Of a DNA stretch of 53,172 bases, positions 11,991 through 25,278 are shown piece after piece. A model generated the notes under the pieces. That model was not told the DNA's origin. It ran no database searches and saw only the letters and a program-made list of their open reading frames with translations. Source of the DNA: Hydrurus foetidus (Eukaryota); assembly GCA_900617105.1 (NCBI GenBank), contig UYFQ01000675.1, positions 1 to 53,172 on the forward strand. The letters run 5' to 3'. Within the stretch, counting starts at the first letter, position 1, and each line of letters opens with the position of its first letter. Made by a program: the position numbers and the translations under genes.

Positions 11991-13429
11991 TTGTGACAAA
12001 ATTCTTGAGTTTTTTTGTACCTCGATTGTACAGGTACATAATTAGAAAAAAATTATTTGTATTACTAACAACTCATCCTAATCGACATCAATTCAACATC
12101 TGAAAATTGATTTGAGATGGAGAGGTTCACTAGTATCTTTGATGATGAAGGAATCGTCGTATTTGATAAATGGGCTGCGTATAAAAGGAAACGAGATAGA
12201 AATGATGACGAGGAGGATCAAGAGGGTGAAGAAGAGCAGAAACAAGAGGTTGTTAAAGAAAAAAGACCATATGCTGCAAAGAACTATCAAGGGTATGATC
12301 CATTCCAAGCTGTGGAGCCGGAATGGCACCGAAGATATGTATCTCGAGTCGGTTGGTTCAAAAATAAAAGTCAATACGCCCAGTTCAGGCGACGATTCAG
12401 GATGCCCGACGCCAAGTTTCAAGGTCTAGTGAAACTGGCGAGAGAGCAGAAATGGTTTCCCACCTATGAACGGCGGAATGCATGTCACCAACCTGGGATT
12501 CCATTGGATTTATTCATTCTGGGTGCTTTGCGCTATCTAGGAAGAGGGTGGACTTTTGACGATATCGCCGAGGCTACAGGGGTATCTGAGGAGTCACATC
12601 GCGTTTTCTTCAATTTGTTTGTCAAAGCTTGCAGGGAGTTTCTCTATCCCATGTGGGTGAAACGCCCAGAAACTGAAGAAGAAATCAAAGATCATATGTC
12701 AGAGTTTAAGGCGGCGGCATTCGATGGATGTATTGGGTCTGCAGATGTTACTCACATTATAATGGAGAAGTGCTATGCGCGCTTAAAGAATCAGAATCTT
12801 GGGGAAAGGATTCTCATACAACTCGTGCATATCAACTTGTTGTCAATCACCGCCGGCAGATACTTGCAACAACTGTTGGCTTCCCGGGACGATGGAACGA
12901 TACTACTACAGTCCGATTTGATGACTTCATTACCGACATTCAGAGAAGTAATTATCTTGCTGACAATGTGTTCTCTCTGTATAATGAAAGGGGTGTAGAG
13001 GAGAACTACAAAGGTGCCTGGATTCTTGTTGATGGAGGGTATCCATCGTGGACCTCACTGATATGCCCTTCCAAAGATTCATCTTCCGTCAAATGGCTCT
13101 AGGTTAATGTTTTTAAGTCCTTGTCTATCATGTATTGTATTTATTCATTCTTATTTTGTATCCGTTCGATTGTAGTGGAGTACAAAATAAACATACAAAA
13201 TTTTAAACTTTATTTATCGTTAAAATCTATTCACATAATTTAATTAACAAGTTTCAACTTATATTCTCATACTTTCGAAGCATATTTATTTTTCCTTTTT
13301 TGTATCCTGATTTTTGTACCTCTCGATCGTAGTGGATTACACAATACAAAAACCAATTGTAACAATGCAAGTTATAAATCAATTAAACACTATGAGTAGT
13401 TCTCTTTTTCACTAACCTCTTGCCTTCCT

Positions 13430-13477
<48 letters not shown>

Positions 13478-14437
13478 TACCGCTGGATTTCTCTTGGTTG
13501 CTGTCCCTTTTGCTCCTGCTGCTCCTGATGCTCATTCTGCTGCTGCTGCTTCCGCTGCTGCCAATGACGGTGTTTGCTAGTGCGTTCACTGGGGCCTGAG
13601 CTGCAATCTTCTGTTTAACTTTACGAAGCTCGCTGGGGCAGAGCTTTTGAGTCCAACAGGTAGAGATGGTTTCTTACTGAAAAGGTGAGTAGATGCTGAT
13701 GGCACAATGGTAGGCTGATGCATTGGAATGGAGGATTGATACACTGGTTCAGGTACAGGTTCTCCATTAGATCCCAGAATGAACTCAAGTGTTTCTGCAT
13801 ATGAACTCAAGTGGTCGGCATATTGATGATTTCCTTGACGGAATCTTTGGTAACACCGCTCAAAATCCCAAACCCAGAACCAAATTTATCTCCGTCCCAT
13901 AAGACTTTATAGCGATTATTCCTATTCAACAGTTGGTTGACTTGACCAAGCTGGTCGCCGCCATCACCATGGTATAATCTATCAAGTGACAATCAAATTG
14001 ATGAGTTCTTGAGAGGTTAAAATGCTATAATCAGAGTTTAAACAACTCACATTTCCATGTCTTCTTTCTGCGTCTTCTTTCTCCGAGCAGATCCCTCAAT
14101 AATTGAGACATAGGCATTTGCAGCAAGAAGATACTGCAACGCCTTCAACTGGGGTGCTTTGAGTTTCTCGAGAAGTTTCTTCACGGACTTGGATTTGGCT
14201 TGCATAACCTTGTTTTTGACCATCTTGCAGAATTGAGGTGGTGACAAAAAAATTTGGAGGTTGAAATTTGTGTTTTGTAAAATGACATCCACTACAAACG
14301 TGAGGTTTAAAAAAGATACAAAACAGAGCTTTCGAGTTTTGTCAACCACTACAACCGTAGAGGTACAAAGTACAAAAAAAAATTCCAAAAATTTTCAAAT
14401 TTTGTATTTTGTAATTTGTACTCCACTAGGAAGGGCC
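11991..14437 (+). mobile_element. Harbinger copy 3, internally deleted, missing the first ~147 bp
   Basis: Starts directly after the copy 2 right TIR, at the position equivalent to 4799. Has the same deletions as copy 1 and an intact right TIR followed by TAA. Confidence 0.9.
12117..13102 (+). pseudogene. Truncated, frameshifted Harbinger transposase
   Basis: Same C-terminal deletion as copy 1 (…SSVKWL*), plus one G lost from the G-run at ~12801. Confidence 0.88.
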
Positions 14438-14832
14438 TAACCTTCATAATCAAGATGCCAGATGGTTGCAAGAAATAATTCCGATTCGACTCCGAATTTT
14501 TGATTTTTGAGTCATTTTTCAGCTTTTTCAACTTGATAAGTTTTGAGATTCGGATTGAAAATTTCAATCTTTCTGCGTATCTTGTGACTTGTGAGGTTAA
14601 ATCTTTTTCGGACTGTTCTATTCGTTACTTATTCTCAATGCAGTGATGCAATGCTGATATCATAAAAACGCCTGCGGTGCTCCTTTTTAGATTAGAAACT
14701 TTACGAAGCATTTTAAAACAGTACAGCTCTTCTCGTATCGAAAATCATAGTCAACTGAGAAAGTCAAAATCATAAAAGACTTTGATTCTCTTTCTGTTAT
14801 AAGTGCAAGAAATAATGGGTGTGCTAGAGATT
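14438..14832 (+). repeat. 395-bp direct repeat, right copy
   Basis: Matches 3974-4368 and begins at the TAA abutting the right TIR. Confidence 0.95.
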
Positions 14833-15889
14833 GAGGGTGTGGGGAATACATGAAGTCGGTCAGTCAGACGGTGAATTAGATAGATAGTCAGTGAGATAGT
14901 CAATGAGTGAGTCGATGCGTGTGAGAGAGTGGGTGGGAAGTGTAGAGGGGGCACAGCGACTGAGAGAGAAAGGGTTAGAATCAGAGAAAGCGTTAGAAAG
15001 CAAATATCACAATGGGTGGAAGTACAGAGTGATAGATATGCCCACTGATTATACAATATACGTAGGAAAATACAAAGGCGCCAATACAGCACGTACCAAA
15101 AGTGCATGCTGACACCCCTGGATGTGCTTGCACGTATCTACATACGTATACAAATATACATGTAGACGTACAGGTGTGCAAATATACATACATATTTGCA
15201 CATATGCATACATTCACATGTACTGTCAAGCGCAAATACTTTCACACATGATTGCATACATGCATTCACTCACATGCTGCATGCATAAGTACGTGCATAC
15301 AAACATGCATACATACAGACATATATACATAATAACATGCATTCATAGATACATATTTACACAAATACGTACTTACACACGTACATAAAAATAAAAATAA
15401 TATTGATCGTGGTATGATGACAGAAGTTTTCTCGACCAAATTCAAGGATACATGTACATACAAATCATCACTAGTGTAACAGATATACCCTCCACTTGAT
15501 GCAATAAACCTGTTAGATTGAGTTGCAATTACTGGTACAAGTTCGTGATCCTCAGTTGTGGCTTATCATTATCTTGCTGGGCATCATTTGTAGGGTTAGT
15601 TGAGATGCCTTTATTTTAACATCTGTCAATTCAGTATTACATGCGTCATCATTATCACCATCATCATATCTTTGGGGTCGGCTTCATGCATACAATAGCA
15701 TAAAATTGAAAAAAATTGATATCATTTAAGCTCATCGGTAGAACTAGTACAAAAATCTCTGAGAATCGTCAAGTTGATGGGGCAATCGTTAAACAGAGAA
15801 ATAATTAGTAGCACAATACAACGATTCGCAGTGGTTGGTTATTACTTTTAAGCTCCGGATGATTCAAATGTTTCCTTTCAAATAAACGT

Positions 15890-16556
15890 ACCTGAATGAA
15901 AGTTGGTAAGTGTACCCGAGAAGAGAGCCAAATCAGAAGTCATCAGACAGGACATCCTGGTCAGAATGATATTTGTTCCTCTGTATTCTACGAAAGAAAA
16001 ACAATGACGTTCTTCTGTGAAGGTTAATGCTCTTCCCGTCTCCTCCTTGAATTCTCTATTCATCGTCTACACAATCCATTTCGTCCAATGAGAAACATCG
16101 CAAATAGATAAAAACGATATCACATTTGTTTCGGGTCTCTTATGTCTTGCTCTCACCCAATCTGTCACGTAAGGTTTCCAACTCTCAGATATTTCAAATT
16201 TGGCATGCGCATCTGCTTCGGAAATGTCATCAATGGCAGAAGAATACGATCATGTTCTTTCCATCGAAAGCTGGATAGACATTGTGCTACTCGTTCTGCA
16301 CCTGCGAACCCAAATTTCACGTCAGCCCATGTCGACAACAGCAGTATCTGAGGACATAGCTTCTTCTTCCCTGAAGCAATAGAGCTGCCCAGGTCAATCT
16401 TCCCTGACTCCAGTGCTACCGGAGTCAGTCACAGGAACGTATATCACTATACCATAGGAGAGGAAATTATGCTGCAGTGCACCGCAGTCGGTGACGGCTT
16501 TCGTTGCCTCGTCCAGGGACTTGATGTGCCTCAAGGTTGTGATCGCTTCTAGTCAT
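15890..16556 (-). pseudogene. Nudix hydrolase (NUDT16-like) remnant, copy A
   Basis: ILLLSTWADVKFGFAG and TMNREFKEETG (Nudix box REuxEExG), with stops and deletions. Continues leftward into unique sequence at a probable donor site (TCAG|GTACGT). Confidence 0.7.
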
Positions 16557-17940
16557 CGAGAGTAGTTACAGAAGTGCATTGATTCACTGTAGAATCCCTC
16601 TGAACTTCGACTTCTTGTCACTTCTCAGAACTATTCTCAACTTCCTCTTTCAGTTATCAAATCCCGCTTCATAACTTCGATCACTTTTGTTCTCATTTTT
16701 CATTTCTGACTCTCAGAAATGGACAAGATGAGAACATGAAAAAGAAATAAAAATGAAACGTTAATTAATGGAACACTGAAACACTGCATGAAATGCTTTA
16801 AAATGTTCCGTTCGTTGCTCTGAGAGACACTACATACATTATCAAATGAACGAAGAGAATTTCCAGCTTTGCTTGATTTCAAAACGATGTCGTCAAAACG
16901 ACATGAACTTCTGAAGACCAACAATAAGTTGCTCTCAAAGTACAAATTTACCACTCCTGCAAAATGGGCAATATCGAGATGCCTCTGGCCATGCATCGAC
17001 TCAACAAAAGGCTGCAAATCAAAAGTGAACTACTCTATCGATCATCAGTCAGATCGTGATGGAATGTCATAGCGTATGATTTACATAAAAGAAACTGAAT
17101 CCAGTAGGGAGTACTGCACTACGAATGCCACCGACGTGGTCGTTAGAGATGCATAAGGTGCTATCATTGTAAACGCTACCGAAGTCTGGCTACACCTCGT
17201 CTTTTCGTTGTCCTGATTTAAATTAATTTAGCTTGGCTTGTTCCATGTGCTGATTTGGACACTGGTTTGAGAGAGGTTATTAAGAAAATATTGGCACGCA
17301 TTTTTGGAACACCATGAAGCGAATGAGGAGATAGAAGTGGAAGAGGATCTGCCCTACTTACACTGTACGTCACACCAGACTATATTCGTCCACATCACCT
17401 CATACCCGGTCATGGCGGATCGTCAGCATCAGGACACTTGCAGCCTGTTCATGTCTACATATTTGTGTCTGTCGCAAACTTTCATTAAATAACAGCACAG
17501 TTTGACCGTCAATTAAAGCTCTGTGGGAACGAGCACGTTCGATGCGCCACGACATTTAAATGTCATTCATGCATAGCTAGTAGTGACCGCGACAACATCC
17601 CTGGCAATGCGATATCATACCATGTAACACACTGTTTAGATTGCTGTCACTAAGTGCAGTGATGAAAAGCCAAAAAGAGTCAAGACAAACAATGTTTATT
17701 AAATTACATGGGATAATAAACTAAGAAACCAATACACATTGGCTGCATATCGCTCTGGCTTTCACGTAGATTACGGTAAGATGGAGCGGGGAGGTACTTA
17801 TTCAAGTATCTAATGACGTAAGTCTTAGTTCAAGGGGTAGAAGTATCAGCTGCGGTACTGGTTTCGATGATAATGATCAAGTACCCGATGGCAGATAGTG
17901 TAGTGTAGTGTAGTGTAAAGTGATGTAGTATAATATGATG

Positions 17941-18250
17941 TGGTGTCATAAGACGGTATAGGCGATGCATGAACCTGACGGTGCGGCTTCTACATGGCGT
18001 ATAAAAGAAATAACAGTCACCAGATGGTGTATGATGTGGTAGTGTGGTGTCACCAGACGGTATAGGCGATGCATGGACCTGACAGTGCGGCCGCTACATG
18101 GCGTATAAAAGAAAATACAGTCACCAGATGGTGTATGATGTGGTGCAAAGTGAAGCAGTGTGAAGCAATGTGGTGTCATGAGACGGTATGGGCGATGCAT
18201 GGACCTGACGATGTGGCTGCTACATGGCGTATTAAAAGAAGTAAGAGCAA
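17941..18250 (+). repeat. Three copies of an ~80-bp motif with GT-rich spacers, downstream of the Cys-rich gene
   Basis: TGGTGTCAnnAGACGGTATRGGCGATGCATGRACCTGAC…CTACATGGCGTATWAAAGAA at 17941, 18045 and 18171. Also present at ~18 and ~42708. Confidence 0.85.
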
Positions 18251-18393
18251 CCGGATTATATTCGACGAGAAGCTTGTAGGAGGAATCGATTTATTGTGAG
18301 TGTGGGCCGGCGATGGTGAGGGAAGGAGACGATATTTAAGAGCCCTGCTAAGGGGTGTTAAATGCGAAGCAGGCGCGGAGTGGTTACAACCAT

Positions 18394-20367
18394 CTACAGC
18401 GCAGTGGGTTGGGATGTGGGATTTGTTATTGGCTGAGGTGTCGGTGGTGGTGGATGGGACGGGGTGGATGGGGAACAATGGGAGGTTCAGTAGGTGAGGG
18501 AGTAGGTTCAGCGGGAAGGCTGTAACTGGATGGAGCGAGGGTGGCAATGATGGGATAAGGAACATGTAAGCATCCTGTTTGATCCGCATTTACTGTCTCG
18601 CCTGGTGGGCACTCATGACAGACTGGGTCTCGGAATCTGGAGTAGGTCCCTGCTGGACATTTCAAACACTCCGCAGGCGTGCTGTACTGGTAGTACGGGT
18701 TGACAGGGTACGCTTGTCTGTAGTATGATGCCTTGCAGTACACACACTTCGTTCTCTTATCTGTCACCACCATGTCTAAGGGACAGGGGATACATTGTTT
18801 CGCCCCCTCAGGTGCAAACGTATTCACCGCACACGGAGAACATGGTTCAATGCCGTGTGGTCCATAGCCAGGATCGCACCGAACTGTACATTTACCAGCA
18901 CGCGCATCTGCAGCTGTGCACGGTACGCATTTGTGCTGGAGGTCGTCAAAGTACTCTCCCTCTAAACACGAAGAAGGAGGTTGCGTAGGGGCAGGCGACC
19001 CAACACAAATGCCTAACTGGTCATCGTAGTACTGTCCGTGCAGACAGCTAGGACGAATGGTAGGATAAGCGGTAGGAAGAGGAGTCGGAGGAGGGGTCGG
19101 GTCGTAGGTAGGGTGAGGAGTCGGACGGGGGGTAGGATGAGGAGTCGGACGGCGGGTAGGATGAGGAGTCGGACGGGGGTAGGATGAGGAGTCGGACGGG
19201 GGGTAGGATGAGGGGTCGGACGGCGGGTAGGATGAGGAGTCGGACGGGGGTAGGATGACATCGACAAAAGGAAATGCATACAAAGTCAGATCAAAATGAA
19301 TAAAGTAATCAGGCAGAATCGTGTGGTCCATATCCAGATAGAACTCGTCCAGCTAAAGGCGCATCTGCATTCGGCAATCCCGAGTAAGTCAGACGGTCAA
19401 ACAGTTTCGTAGATTCAAGGAAGTCAGTTTCATCGGCAAAGATCGGGTAATCGGATAGTCGGACAGGGTCGAATAAGGATCAGACAAGGGTCGGATCGTC
19501 GGATAGGATCCAGTTCCTCGGAACAATCAGATTTCATCCGATAGGGAATAGATCGGTCTGGGCATGATCAAGTCGACGGGTAGATAAGATCGACGGTTTC
19601 ATCGGAATAGTCAGAACGGAATCCCGATGGAGTCGACAAATCCGTATCAGTCCCGTAATCGCAATGATAAGAGAGATCCAGATGAAATCAGCAACCGATA
19701 ATCAGGAGTAACCAGATCAAGAAATCAGATCATCCAGATGAATCGTTTTTCTTTCGACAAATTCAGATCCGAATCCAGATAAATCGACTCATCCAGATAA
19801 ATCTTTCAAGAAATGAATAAATCAGACAAGGGGTAGATGAGAGTCGGACGAGGATGACGACCACGGCAGGTAGGATGAATCTGACGATCATGATTCGGTG
19901 GCGATTGAATGAAGTCGGACGGGGGGTAGGATGAGGAGTCGGGTCGGTACATCCCGTTTCGTTTTGCTGTAGTTCCATCTGGGCACTTCTTACATGTAAC
20001 AGCTAGGTAATATCCCGCTTTGCATTTGAGAGCCAGACGCTCTGCGATTCAACATCGAGGAGACATGTTAGGTGCGTGTGTTGCAGGAGTGATGGAACTG
20101 AACTTGATGTGAGATTTGATCAAGATTCGGTACCTTCAGTTCCTACAGCTGATAAGCTCTCGCTCTTCTCCAGAATGACATCTTCTCCACCACGCACAGT
20201 GGAGAGACCTACGAGCAAACACATGTAATCAGAATCCGACGATCATGATTCGGTGGTGATTGGCTATCTCGGGCAATTTCAAGTTGCCTTTGATCTTCGT
20301 TTCTGCTGGGGCCCTCACCTGTCAAGATTGTGTTAAAGTAGATCCAGCAGATAACGAAAATCTTCAT
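18394..20367 (-). pseudogene. Secreted Cys-rich/PT-repeat protein, copy 2 (disrupted or mis-assembled)
   Basis: Same first two exons (MKIFVICWIYFNTILTG|LSTVRG…), one Cys module, and a TSQPTAL* end homologous to copy 3. Frameshift at ~19960 and garbled tract at 19260-19900. Confidence 0.7.
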
Positions 20368-21313
20368 GTCGCGTTGTTTCTTCAACATAGATTGGCGTTC
20401 GGCGATTACTTCGTAATTTTGTGCCAGTGCGGAGGTGATAGATAGACACCATGTCATTGAACATTGAACTCACTCAAAACTTCTTGCTTCAACAAGGACT
20501 TCTTGCTTTTCCGAATTTTTGGGATTCTTTTTCTCAATTATTTCTAGTTTTTTCAAAATTTGAGATTCCAATTGAAAACTTTTGATGGATCTCTCCGCAT
20601 GAATGAAAATTTGAAAATTCGGTAAGGTCGTGTGAGTGTCTTGTGTGGGGAATCCATACTCTGCACTGGACTTTTCTTTCTTTTGTAAGACGCCCACATG
20701 TGAAGTTGATATGGTGGAGACACCTCGTATCTCGAGAACAGAAAACGAAAACGAAAACTTTTACAGAACAAGTGAGTCTCAAGTTTGAGAAACTGATTAT
20801 CTTCCACCATCTGGCATCTGATTTGATTAACTATCAAAAACTGTCAAACATGGAAACAAGTCAATCAGCAGGTTCCAAATTTTATCGAAAATCCTCTTCG
20901 ACTGTGAAAGTCAATTTTATTGATTTCCTCTAGTTACCTTTCGTTACTTTGTCATGCCACGTCGTGTTACATCATCATACGGTAATTGTTGTTTTGAAGT
21001 TGTTAAGTATTGCACTATTTTGTTTTGTTTTCTTTGGTGTCGTTTTCATTTTCTCTCCATTGTTTTGTTTTTGTGAAATGTTTTGTCTTATTTCATTTTA
21101 TCATGTTTCTAATTATCTTATTCTCTTCTATTCCATGTGCTTGCGACAATGCAGATTCCAAGACAACCAATCGAATTATGATTTAAATTCATTCAATACA
21201 AATAAAGTCCCTCTATCCTATCCAACAACAATGATTCGATTTAATTGGAAATTTAGTACAATCACTTTTATGAAATTTATTCACTGTGATCACGCATTGT
21301 CTGTGGTGACAAA

Positions 21314-24300
21314 TTATTTGACATTTGACATTTTGATGAATACAACACTTTCCTCGCTATCGTCATCCTCGATTGTTATATCGTCCTCAAAAGCGTTATT
21401 ATGTCTATTTGTGATATCATCAGAATTGCCATTATTATCATACTTATTGTTGTTGCTATCATCACTGTTTCTATTGTTATCATCATTGTTGTTGTTGTTA
21501 TTTGTTATACCACTATTGTCCGAATCACTGTTATCATCGTTACTGCTGTTTTCACTGATATCGATTTCGATTATTCTACTCCTGTCGAAGTCACCGCTAT
21601 TTCTAAACTAATATCATCATTGACATAACTGCTATTAGTCGTATTATCGTGTTTTATTACACCATTATTTTGAATACTATTATCCGTAACCACTTCAATG
21701 CCATCGTCAGCACAACCATTGGTCAACGCTTCATTCGTGTTGTACGTACTTACATGCTGTACGGGTGGGCCACTTGCTAACTCTACACTGTCAAGACTTT
21801 CCGGTAATATTGAATAATCAGTATTAACGGATTTGGCGTTGTTTTCGTTATTTCTATTGTCGTAGGTGTCATTACTATTGCTAGTGGATTTACTGTAACC
21901 GACATTTTCATCTTTGTCAGTGCCGTCATTTTCATATTTATTCTGTCCTTTATTTTCATATTTCTTATGACTGCCGATATCATTATCATTATCATTATCA
22001 TCATCATCATTATTACAACTACTGTTGCTCACTGCATTGTCATCATAACTTTCATCGTTACTGCACGGATCGTTTCCGTCATAATAAACAGCACCAAGAG
22101 ATTCACTGTAAATATCGCCAACTGACGAAGCACTTTCAGTACCAGACAAAAGAACATTCTCTGTAGGAACATCATTCATAGGAACGTTCTTCAACGGAAC
22201 ATTCTCAACTTCAACATGACTGACAAAGTTACCGAGGACAGAGGCACTAGCAGTACTGACTATCGTACCAAAATTATCGACTTCCTTACCATCACCATTA
22301 CCATCACTTCTACTGTTGCTCTCATTGATGCACACACCGGTATCGACGACACTGACACTGACACTGGCACTACTATGTGAGACATTCGTACCAATACTCG
22401 CCATGGCAGCACGTACGGCAGCTCTGCCTGCTTCTCTTTGCATTTCTTTTCTTTTCTCCGCCGCACTTAATCCGCCCTGTTTATTAACACCTTTTGAATT
22501 CCCCTTCCCTCTTTCTTTTTCTCTTTCCTTTTCCTTTCCATGCACACTACCTTTCCCACTACTTCTTTCAGTTCTTGCACCTCCCCGACTATTGCTATCG
22601 ATAATTTCGATTTCTTCCTCACTTCCTCTTCCATCATCTTCATTTACCATCATGCCATCATCAACATCGTTGGTCTCATTTTCATTGACACTTTTGTTTT
22701 CACCACTAATTTCCTCATTTGTCTCCAATATTTTGTTTAACCGGAAAGTTTGATCGAAATGCAACGGGCAAGACGTAACATAACGTCAGAAGTTTCATCA
22801 CATCCTGAAAAGAACAGAAACAAAATGTTAGAGTAGATTATGAAAATTATATTGAAAATCATGTGAGTGATGAACAACACTAGAACAGTAAAAATACCTG
22901 TCAAGGTAGTGTAGTGTTGTGTAGTATAGTGTAGCATAGTATAGTATAGTATAGTGTAGTATAGTGTAGTACAGTATAGTATTGTGCTTTATAGTTTTAT
23001 ATAGTGTAGTGTAGTACAGAGCAGTATAGTATAGCATAATATAATGCAGTAAAGTATTGTGTAGTATAATATAGCATATATGTATTGTATGTATGTATGT
23101 AAAGGTGGTATAGTATAGTGTAGTATAGTATTGTGTAGAATAATATAGTATAGTAAAGATAGTATAGTGTAGTGTAGAGTAGTATAGTATAGTGTAGTGC
23201 AGTATAGTGTAGTGCAGTACAGTGTAATAAAGATAGTATAGTATAGTTTGGTATAACATGGTGTGATATAACATAGTGTAAAATAGTATTTGCAATATAG
23301 TGTAGTGCAGTACAGTGTAGTAAAGATAGTATAGTATAGTATAGTATAGTATAGTATAGTATAGTATAGTATAGTATAGTATAGTATAGTATAGTATAGT
23401 ATAGTATAGTATAGTATAGTATTGTACAGTGTAGCACAGTACAGTGTAGTATAGTATATCATAGTATAGTATAATATGGTATAGTATAATATAGTGTAGT
23501 ATAGTACAGTGTAGTATAGTATAATATAGTGTAGTATAGTACAGTGTAGTATAGTATAGAATAGTATAGTACAGTATAGTGTGGCATGACATGGTGTGAT
23601 ATAATATAGTGTAAAATAGTATTATATAGAATAGTATACTACAGCACTGACAATTGACTTACTGGCATAACTCTTGTCAGAGTTGAGATGTTTCTCCATC
23701 CCTGTTGACATTTAGTTGGCTCCACCTCAATCTCCTCTTCTTCTTCTTCTTCTTCTTCATTATCATCTCCATTCTCTCTCTCTCTCTCTATATCCTCCAT
23801 CTTCTCGATCATTTTCTCCTCGTTGTGATCTTAATTTGGTTCCTCTGTGCTCCTCATTATCATGTTGACAAATGTTTTTATTTCCATCAACGTCCCTCCG
23901 AATTTTACTTTTTTCATCTTCATCACCTTCAAACTTTCTTTTGCTTACAGCGATGCATTTATCATCTCTCATTTCTCCTTCAATCTCCGCACACAGGACC
24001 CCATTTCCCTGAAAATGACCCCTAAAGCCCCTGGGGTACAAGGGAACAGTCGCATCCACCACCATTGCGCATATTTCAGAATGGCAGTGGGTGGGAAGGG
24101 TACGGTAAACGGCATAATCTAAGCCGTAATGCACGCCTGTTTTCACCACATACCTGTTGAAGAAAAGGTAATTATGTGTAAAAAGGAAGCGAAAAGTTGT
24201 CAACAAACTACTGAAAATAACCTATCATGCATACAACAAATAATTAGTAGTAGATGAACGCATAGTGATACTTTCTTGAAATTAAAAACAATCGCAACAG

Positions 24301-25278
24301 ACAAGTTGCAATAATTACCGAATAAATCAGTCATCTAATCAACATAAATAGGGCCTTCTTTTTCACTCTTACCCTTGATCTCTAAAAAAAGAATAAACCT
24401 TGTATTTCAAGGGAAATTTCTCATTTTTTTGAAGGAATTTCGACCACAATTGATTGACCGTCACATCCGATCCATCCGGCAATTGTAGCGCCAAATGATT
24501 ATTCGTAAATAAGTAAAATGCCTACGTACGCATGGAAGCACATGTGCAGTATTGTTTAAAAGTAGGTCATTATGTGGAAGTATTTGATTGACGTGTTATA
24601 AGTTGCTTTTGAATCAAATTGTGAGAAACGTTATTGTGTTATCATGTTACTGCTGACTTCAAATACATTTCATTTCTTCTTCGTGTTCATTTATTTTGGT
24701 TTGATACTGTTGTGTGTGGCATTGCATAGAAGTATTCTCATATGTTCAATATTGAAATGAAATAAGATTACTGAATAGCGTCTGAATGAGCAGGAATGCA
24801 CAAATAGTGACCACGTATTGTCGAATTCAGAACAAGACAGCACTTCTCAGGATTTTCTTGCAGCATATTTGACGAATATAGTGTGACAATCGCTGTTCTC
24901 AGCGGTCATTTTTGTGGACAAATAAATGGTATTGCTGTTTAGTTGTGAATTCGATAATATCAAATGAAATGAAATGAAATGAAATGAAATGAAAAACACA
25001 ACTAGTACGAACCTCTTCATCAAACAGAAGCATCGGTGCAGAAGCTTCTGGTACATCAGAACTGACAATGTTCTTTCCATCGGTAGGAAGAGTGATATGT
25101 TCTGTAGATTTCGTTACAGTGCTTCCAAGTGACGTCACAGTTGTTGAAGTTACGTCAGCTGAAACGTTAGGAACTTTGGTGTTCTGAACGCTTTCAGAAT
25201 GATCATTGACTATCACGCTGCTGATGCTGCTAGTGCCCCAGTAAGTTATTTCATCGGTGTCCCCCGCTGATGCGTTGC
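21314..25278 (-). pseudogene. TSEN2: tRNA-splicing endonuclease SEN2-like gene, 5'-truncated and internally deleted (amplicon unit 1)
   Basis: Spliced LLFDEE|AFYLF…LWSKF…FPLKYKVYSFFRDQG|YVVKTGVHYGLDYAVYRTLPTHCHSEIC…W..ISTLTRVMP|DVMKLLTLCYV matches the tRNA-intron endonuclease fold (catalytic Y/H/K positions). Frameshifts, and a deletion at ~22600. Confidence 0.8.
22905..23640 (+). repeat. Intronic (TAGTA/TAGTG)n pentamer microsatellite
   Basis: Fills intron 22805-23662 of the SEN2-like gene. Confidence 0.95.

Larger units (their letters stand above)
4652..14437 (+). mobile_element. Composite head-to-tail trimer of a PIF/Harbinger DNA transposon
   Basis: Left end TAA|GGTCGGTCCCAGTGGAGTACAAAATACAAAATACAAAATT and right end AATTTTGTATTTTGTAATTTGTACTCCACTAGGAAGGGCC|TAA form imperfect TIRs flanked by TAA. 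Three copies of transposase plus a convergent ORF2 lie inside. Confidence 0.9.

Noticed and set aside
15120..15460. His/Tyr/Met-rich short ORFs
   Set aside because: Degenerate (CATA)n low-complexity DNA.
16700..17660. Possible plus-strand gene remnant in the amplicon spacer
   Set aside because: Only short ORFs that differ between units, with no recognisable motif or consistent splice model.
17941..18250. Repeat-spacer pattern resembling a CRISPR array
   Set aside because: Repeats are ~80 bp and imperfect, spacers are low-complexity, the context is eukaryotic and there are no cas genes.
19260..19900. Unique-looking GATC-rich 640-bp insert in the Cys-rich gene (similar tract at 2830-3055)
   Set aside because: It sits inside a G-rich 24-bp repeat array and contains broken fragments of that repeat. 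Most likely garbled base-calling or consensus, and raw reads are needed.
20949..21611. Hydrophobic 220-aa plus-strand ORFs (also 45756-46436 and 6123-6458)
   Set aside because: Antisense shadows of Asn/Asp- or Ser-rich coding sequence.
22828..23592. Long YYTIL-repeat ORFs (also 36995-38821 and 48972-49574)
   Set aside because: Translations of an intronic pentamer microsatellite.
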